This document shows, piece after piece, positions 57,665-64,000 of a stretch of 64,000 bases of DNA (positions are counted from its first letter, which is position 1; every line of letters starts with the position of its first letter). The stretch is from the human T2T-CHM13v2.0 reference genome, Homo sapiens. The stretch is from assembly GCF_009914755.1 (NCBI RefSeq), contig NC_060926.1. One strand, written 5' to 3'. A program made the position numbers and the translations under genes. Under the pieces are notes generated by a model. The model worked only from the letters and a program-made list of their open reading frames with translations, made no database searches and had not been told where the DNA came from.

Positions 57665-57722
<58 letters not shown>
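57665..57722. repeat. (AT)~29 microsatellite
   Basis: Uninterrupted AT dinucleotide run. Confidence 0.97.
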
Positions 57723-57724
<2 letters not shown>

Positions 57725-58399
57725 TTCTACCAGTTCTTTTTCTCTGGAGGACCCTGACTTATTCAATAACAATACATAAAAAGATCAAGCAAATGCAGAT
57801 GTAATTTTATCATTCTATATAGGTTATGTGTACATTTCTATATTCAATATTGTATAAGCAATACCTATTGAAATAACCAAAACTGTATATAACTTTATTG
57901 GTGAGTTACGGGGAGGTAAGTTTTTAAAATGACACAAAAATACTGTTACAGATTGAGTACTTTAGGAGCAGACAGATGATGTTTGGGTTGTAAGATGTGA
58001 ACAAAAAGAGGAGCCATTAAGCCTGGGAAGGAGAAGTCACACCCTAATGCAGTCCCACAAAACCTCATTCAACTGAGTGAGTTTATCTGAAGTGTGTATT
58101 CTTTGTTAGAGTTGTCCCACAAATGGTGCAAATGGTGACTCCTTCATATTTCCACTTCTCTCAGCCACTGGGAGTGGCCTTCACGGAAAGAGTGTGTTTT
58201 CGAATAAGGCAGCTCTCTGCAGCTGATTCACATTCTGAAGCAATTGACAGGTGGAGGCTGTCTGACGACGAAACTCCCCACAGCTGGGAAGAAAATCCTT
58301 CCTAAGCAGCTATATATTATAAATAATATAGCTTACAGTATTTACATTTCAAATTGAAAATAATAAATATTTAAATGATAAAGTTATTATTTTAAAATG

Positions 58400-59480
58400 A
58401 TGCTTGATTTTGAAATATTTTAATAGTCATATGTAGTTGCAGAGATAGTACAGAGATACAATCTACTCTTTACCCAGCTTCCCATGATAATATTATATGA
58501 AATCATAACCCAATATTAAACCCGGGAAATTGACAGTGGTACAATACTATCAAATGCAGACTGCTATTGTTTGAATGAGGGTGTCCGGTCCAAAATTCAT
58601 GTTGAAAGTTAATCCCCTATGGAACAGTATTAAGATGTGTAGTTTTTAGGAGCTGATTAAGTCATAAGGGCTTCATTTTCATTAATGGCATCTGATGCCC
58701 TTATAAAAGGGCTTAGCAGAGGAAGTTCACCCCCTTTTTGTTTCTTCTGTCCGTTTCACCATGTGAGGAAAGTGTTCTTCCCCTCTGGAGGCAAGATGTC
58801 TTCTTGGAGGTAGACAGTAGCCCCATGAAACAATAAACCTGCTGGCATCTCGATCTTGGACTTTCCAACCTCCACAAATATAATAAATTAATTTCTATTG
58901 TTTACAAATTATCCAGTGTTGATATTTTGTTATAGCAGCGCAAAAAGAGTAAGACATAGGCTTAATTCAGATTTCACCAGTGTACACCTGTACTTTGTGT
59001 GTGTGTGTGTGTGTGTGCATGCGTTTAGTTTCAGAAAATTCTTATCACATGTACGGATCTAAGTAACCATCAATACAATTAGAATGTAGAACCATTCTAG
59101 CATCACAGGGAAACTCTGTCATATTATTTCTTAATAATCACCCACTCTTCCCCCAACCCTGATTCCCAGCAACAACAAATATTTTCTCCATCCCTCCATC
59201 CCCATCAATTTAGGGATTGTGGAATTCTACCTTACGTAACTCCTTAAGATTGCCCTGTCCCTTACTCTCCTCTTTGAGAGTCATCCAAATTATGGCATTA
59301 ACAATTGTATTGAGAATTTCTTTTGTTGCTGAGTAGTATTATATCGTAAAGATGTATCAACTTGAAGGAAATTTGGGTTGTTTCCAGTTTTCAGCTATTA
59401 TAAATAAGGTTATTATGAACATTCGTGTACAAGAGTTTGTGGGAAAATAAGTTTTCATAATTATCTCAAAATGAAAATAA
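58400..59480 (-). mobile_element. Old L1MC-like 3' region split by a MaLR LTR
   Basis: agatagtacagaga...ggaaattgacagtggtacaat; resumes ttcagatttcaccag...ttgctgagtagtatt...gttgtttccagttt. Confidence 0.7.
58562..58956 (+). mobile_element. MaLR solo LTR (MSTC/MSTD-like)
   Basis: tgctattgtttgaatg...caaaattcatgttgaa...gatcttggactttcc...ttgttatagcagc...taagaca. Confidence 0.8.
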
Positions 59481-59749
59481 CCAATATTCATTGATTGATA
59501 AATGGATAAACAAATTGTTTCATATCCATACAATGGAATACTACTTAGTAATAAGAATAAAAGGACTCCTGATACCTCCAAAACTTTAAATAAATTTTAA
59601 GCATTTTATGTTAAGAGAAAAGGGCTACAAATAAAAGCTATCGTATATGAATTCTATTTCAGGTAGAGGACTTTTAAAGGAAAGACTAGATTAGTTTCAA
59701 CTCTATAATTGATTGATAAAGTCCACTTTGAGCTATGATCCAGTGGCAG

Positions 59750-60060
59750 ATAATATTGTCAGAGTTCTTAATGGGCATCTCTAATAAATCTGAGTGAGGT
59801 ACAGAAAGTTTTATAACTGAGGTAAGACAACCATAATGGTCCTCTCCTTCTGGTAGGGGCAGGAGAGGGGCAGGATTCAGGGTGTTGTGTTGATGAATAC
59901 AAACGTTAAAGAGAGAGAGTAACTGCATCCTGTAAAAGGGTGATCAGCTGGCCGAAAAGCGTTGTGCGTTCTCAGTCACTAGCAATATTTCCACTGCATG
60001 AGAAACCATGAGGTCAAGTGTGGAGACTAGAAAAAATTTAGCAGAAGCTATCTTTGATTC
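59750..60060 (-). pseudogene. Ancient ERV1/gammaretrovirus-like pol remnant (RT connection/tether)
   Basis: Minus-strand MVSHAVEILL...NTLNPAPLLPLPEGEDHYGCL...SDLLEMPIKNSD resembles the gamma-type LNPATLLP..H.C..PDL...PL motif. Confidence 0.7.
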
Positions 60061-60944
60061 AGAATTTTATTTGGAGGCCTCTGCATACATACTGCAGAAA
60101 ATGCTGCCCATTGGGCCTGGCAAATTATTTTCTTTCTTTTCTAAAGATTCTCTGGAATGAGCAATTTTGTTCAAATCAAGTGTTCCCCGGAGTTGCTAGT
60201 GTAGGCCCAAATCATCCTTGGTAGAATTATGCCATTTAGAAAGAGAAGCACAAAATTTAGGATTGTAATGAATGTCCAAGTAAGAGCAGGGTTTTTTTTG
60301 TTTGTTTGTTTGTTTGTTTTTTTCTGGAAGAGGAAAAGATTTAGATGTATACAACCCCATGAGAGCTGGCAATGGTCAATAGGAATGTAAGGCTTATGCA
60401 CTTTGTGTCTCAGGCCCCCAACCCAACAATTTTTACACCCCACCAGCAGGTAGAAACCTCTCTGCCGATGAAAACTCAGCTCTCAGGACACAAATTGTGG
60501 ATGAAGGAGAACCTCATCCAGTTTCATTGATGACTCATACAAAAGTTTGTCAAGTGAATGCCAGTCCAAATGTAACCATCTGTCAAGCTAGCTTGAACAA
60601 TGGGCTGATACGTACTTTCTACCCTATAATATTCCCTATTATGACAAACACATGATTGGATACCCCAACACAAAACGATAACACAAAAGACAGCAAATGA
60701 GGTATAAAGGAGTAGCCTGATTCTACCAAAGATGCCAAACAAATGGCAGCCAATAACAAAACCCAGGTTCTAAACTTAAAAAATAGTCAAGTATATCAAT
60801 ACAAAGAAAGCAGAGTTCAGACGCAGTGCTGAGTTACAATATCAGTGCAGACTCCAGCAGAAAGACACAAGGGGCCTTGGAGAGTATGCACCTGATTGAA
60901 GGCTGGGCTCTGCTACCATGCTGTCTCCATCGGACCTCCAGGAA

Positions 60945-61390
60945 AACACTTGAAATAAATGGAGATGACCCAACGGAAAATGTAAGAGCCCATTTATTCA
61001 GATTTCACCACAGCAAGAGAGTCAGCCATCATCACTTGATTTTGGCAGAGACTCAAAGGCAGACAGGGGAACACAGGGAAGCCTTCAGGTAATCCCTGAT
61101 TGGAGGTTTGGGGCATGTAGAAATTGGAGATGGGGTAACTAGAAGTGGGTATCCTATATGATTGGTTAAGGGAGCATATTTGGCTCTGTCTGCTCCTATC
61201 TTTACAGTGGAGATGGGAATTAGAGAAAAATGTTTGTTATTAATTGAGTTCTGTCTGTTTTGGGCCAATTGCTGCAGAGTTTGTGGTTTACCTTTCTGGA
61301 CTGTTTGCTACAGATTGTGGGTCAGAGTTCTATTTTTATATATGGTATTTTTATATATGGTTTGACTATTGTCCCTTAGTATATTCAATA
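60945..61390 (-). mobile_element. Probable old ERV LTR, family not identified
   Basis: Minus-strand AATAAA (tttatt at about 60994) and CCAAT boxes (gattgg at about 61099 and 61160); lies 5' of the pol remnant. Confidence 0.45.
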
Positions 61391-63436
61391 TTTCAGGCAC
61401 TTGCTAAGAACTTTGAGGTGGGGGAAAATGATAAGTTGAAAAGAGCAGGAGGGAGATATGTTAATTGTAGCTCAACATACCTGACTTTAACAAATTAAAT
61501 TATATATGTTAGTTTTATGATTGTCTCCAGAAAATTTCAACAGTTTTTATGTGAGAATTGAACTGCATACAAATTTTCATTCAGTGTCAGTAAAATGGAA
61601 GGAGAGAGAGTTGAAGGAGTCAAAAGAAATTGCAAAGTGTGGGTGTCCTATACCATAGAATCAAGGCTGATCTAAGAGGAAAGTTAATCGAAGAAGGAAT
61701 TGATGAGTGGTATAAAAATGGTGGGGTCAAGGACCTCAATGAGAAAAAAGAATTTCATCGATGAAACTCATCGAGCCAGTGAGCCTGAAGGAAGCCAGTG
61801 ATGGTCAGGTGGATGTTTGAAAATTATGATTTCACAGATGATGCAGTTTCTACTAGTGAGAAATTCTAGGTCTGGCTATAGAATAGTTTAAAAATTGGTG
61901 AAAATAAAAAGTCCAAGCAACTGATCAGTCATGGTGAAGGATGGATCAAACATGTAGATGGTAGGGGCAACGTGAATGATACAGAAGTTTCAGTGGAGTG
62001 GAAGAATGAAATGCATTTGCTAAAGTTATTAATAAGTAATGGGGAATATCACTAGGTTGGTGATGAACAGGAACAGGAAGTGGGAGAGGTAATGGGGTCA
62101 AATTGCACAAGCCTAAAAGGAAAATAATTTTTTGCTTCATTTTAAGAAGTGAGATAGATAGAATTTTGAAACGGAAGTTACATCGATTAGTGCGCAGGAA
62201 ACCCATCAACTTACTACCCAATCTTGGCATATCAAGAGTGTTTGAGAATCAGCAGCTTCTAATGAAAAAGGCTGTGCTAGGGATGTAGTGTCTCAGGAGA
62301 TAGTCAAATTTTAGTTCCAGCAAAAAGCTGTGATAGGAAAGAGGTTGAGGGTATATGGGAGCTATTGAAAAGAACTGGGAGACTCATGTGAGTGTCAACT
62401 GCCTCCCCGTATTATTTGTGGTGCTGGTACCAACATTCCTTATGGTGCTTTGCTTTCTGCCTGTCTAGCATCTGTCCTCCTCATTGGTCATCTCTGGCTT
62501 CCTTGGCTATTTGTCAATTCACCTTAATCTAATGTACTCAACTCATCCCCCCTTCTTCTGCCACCAGAGACATGTATCTAACCATTTCATGGGAGGAAAG
62601 AAAGACAAGAAGGAAGAGAAGGAGGAAGCAATGAAGAAAACAATGAGCAATATTTTCTCCCTCATTTTAGGTTACCAGTCTTTTCCCCACTTCTCTTCTA
62701 GATCACTCCTGTTCTGTGCTTTTGACCAGGCAGTGGAACTATTGCTTTGTTCTTTCCTTATGTCATTCATGCATCTTAGGTGTGCTGTTAGTTACGTAAC
62801 ATATGCAAAAATCTACCAATAGGACACTATAAGATATTTAAACATGTTGCTTAAATGTTTATTACTATTATAAAAAAGGTAAAAGCATTGACATAAAAGT
62901 GGCATTTTTTCCTAATAAAATCACAAATTGTCCTGAAAGAATTTTTTTCTCTTTCTAAATATATTTTGGAGATTTAGGCTTCTCTGTCAAATAACTGAAA
63001 TGCTTTTGAACCATTATTTGTATCATTTTCCCTTTCCCCCAAATCCCAGAATGTTAACGCAAAAGTAAATTTTGATAGGCAAAACAAGGATTAGAAAATA
63101 TGAACAGAAGTTATATCTGGCTGCTTAGCTTGCTGGGGATATAATAACAATTTGAGGCTTACATACTTATTGTACACACATGACCTTTACAATGCTATGG
63201 TAAACTCAATATCACAGTTGCTTATTAGTACACTAGTAGTAGAAATCTTCTAATATGAATGAATGTGTGTATTTTCAATATTCAGGGTATTAGGAGAGCT
63301 TTTATTCTAGTCTCTGGAAATACAGCTTTCCATATCTTAAGTAAATTTTATTTCTAACTCTACCAGGAGCAAGCATAATTTTTATAAAACAAACTAAACA
63401 AACTGAAGTTCCTTTAACTCAACCCAGGCAGCCTGG

Positions 63437-63438
<2 letters not shown>

Positions 63439-63481
<43 letters not shown>
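63439..63481. repeat. (CA)~21 microsatellite
   Basis: Directly visible. Confidence 0.97.
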
Positions 63482-63485
<4 letters not shown>

Positions 63486-64000
63486 CAAACTCAGATACTT
63501 TCTCTACTACTTTCAGTGGATCTGAAACCATAATTGATTTCTGCAAAAACTATTATTTTAATGCTTTACTACTCGTTTTATTACTGATTATTACACTGAA
63601 AAGAAAGAAAGCAAGAAATAAAAGAAGAAAAAGGGAAGGAAGAAAGAAAGAAAGGAAACAGCTGATGATGTGTAAGCAAACAAAGATATTCAGTCCCTTT
63701 CTTATAATATTTGTTTTTTAAGCTTATCTGTAATTAACTGCTTGTGGAACATAACTGAATTGAATGTTTACTAGTTAATTCAAAACCATTTAATCTATAT
63801 TGGGAATATTAAAATGCAATGGATAATTGCTGGTTATCACAGCTGAAACAAATTAAAATGTCAGCCCCATTGATTCTTTTTTTTTTTTTTTTTTGCTAAT
63901 GTGAATAAAAACAGAAACACCAGCATGAGCATGTATATACATATAACCTCATATATATCTCTGCAAGAAATTTATTTGGGGCCATGAACAGTGGTTCACT

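Noticed and set aside
60171-60443. NCWV motif suggesting a retroviral env SU
   Set aside because: It lacks the second cysteine of CxxC and sits upstream of a pol tether on the same strand, the wrong order for env.

Overview
This is AT-rich primate genomic DNA, most likely human (AluY, LTR12C, HERV-H/LTR7). I find no credible protein-coding gene or RNA gene. The window is a dense archive of transposable elements: L1 fragments, one large decayed L1MA-type element inserted in a Tigger2a, several Alus and Alu monomers, five MLT2A (HERV-L) LTRs, MSTA and THE1A proviruses, and solo LTRs (LTR14C-like, LTR1, MER61-like, MLT1A). It also holds a complete HERV-H provirus (50462-57566) carrying a nested LTR12C. 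The ORFs in the track are repeat-derived or spurious. The most notable observations are structural: (1) a HERV-L provirus whose 5' end appears flipped by an inversion with deletions at both breakpoints; (2) a two-promoter LTR7/LTR12C composite provirus; (3) a 38-bp templated copy of a nearby LTR inside L1 ORF2; and (4) a cryptic ancient ERV1-type pol remnant. I do not see a new gene system. Family names come from recalled consensus sequences and need RepeatMasker/Dfam confirmation.
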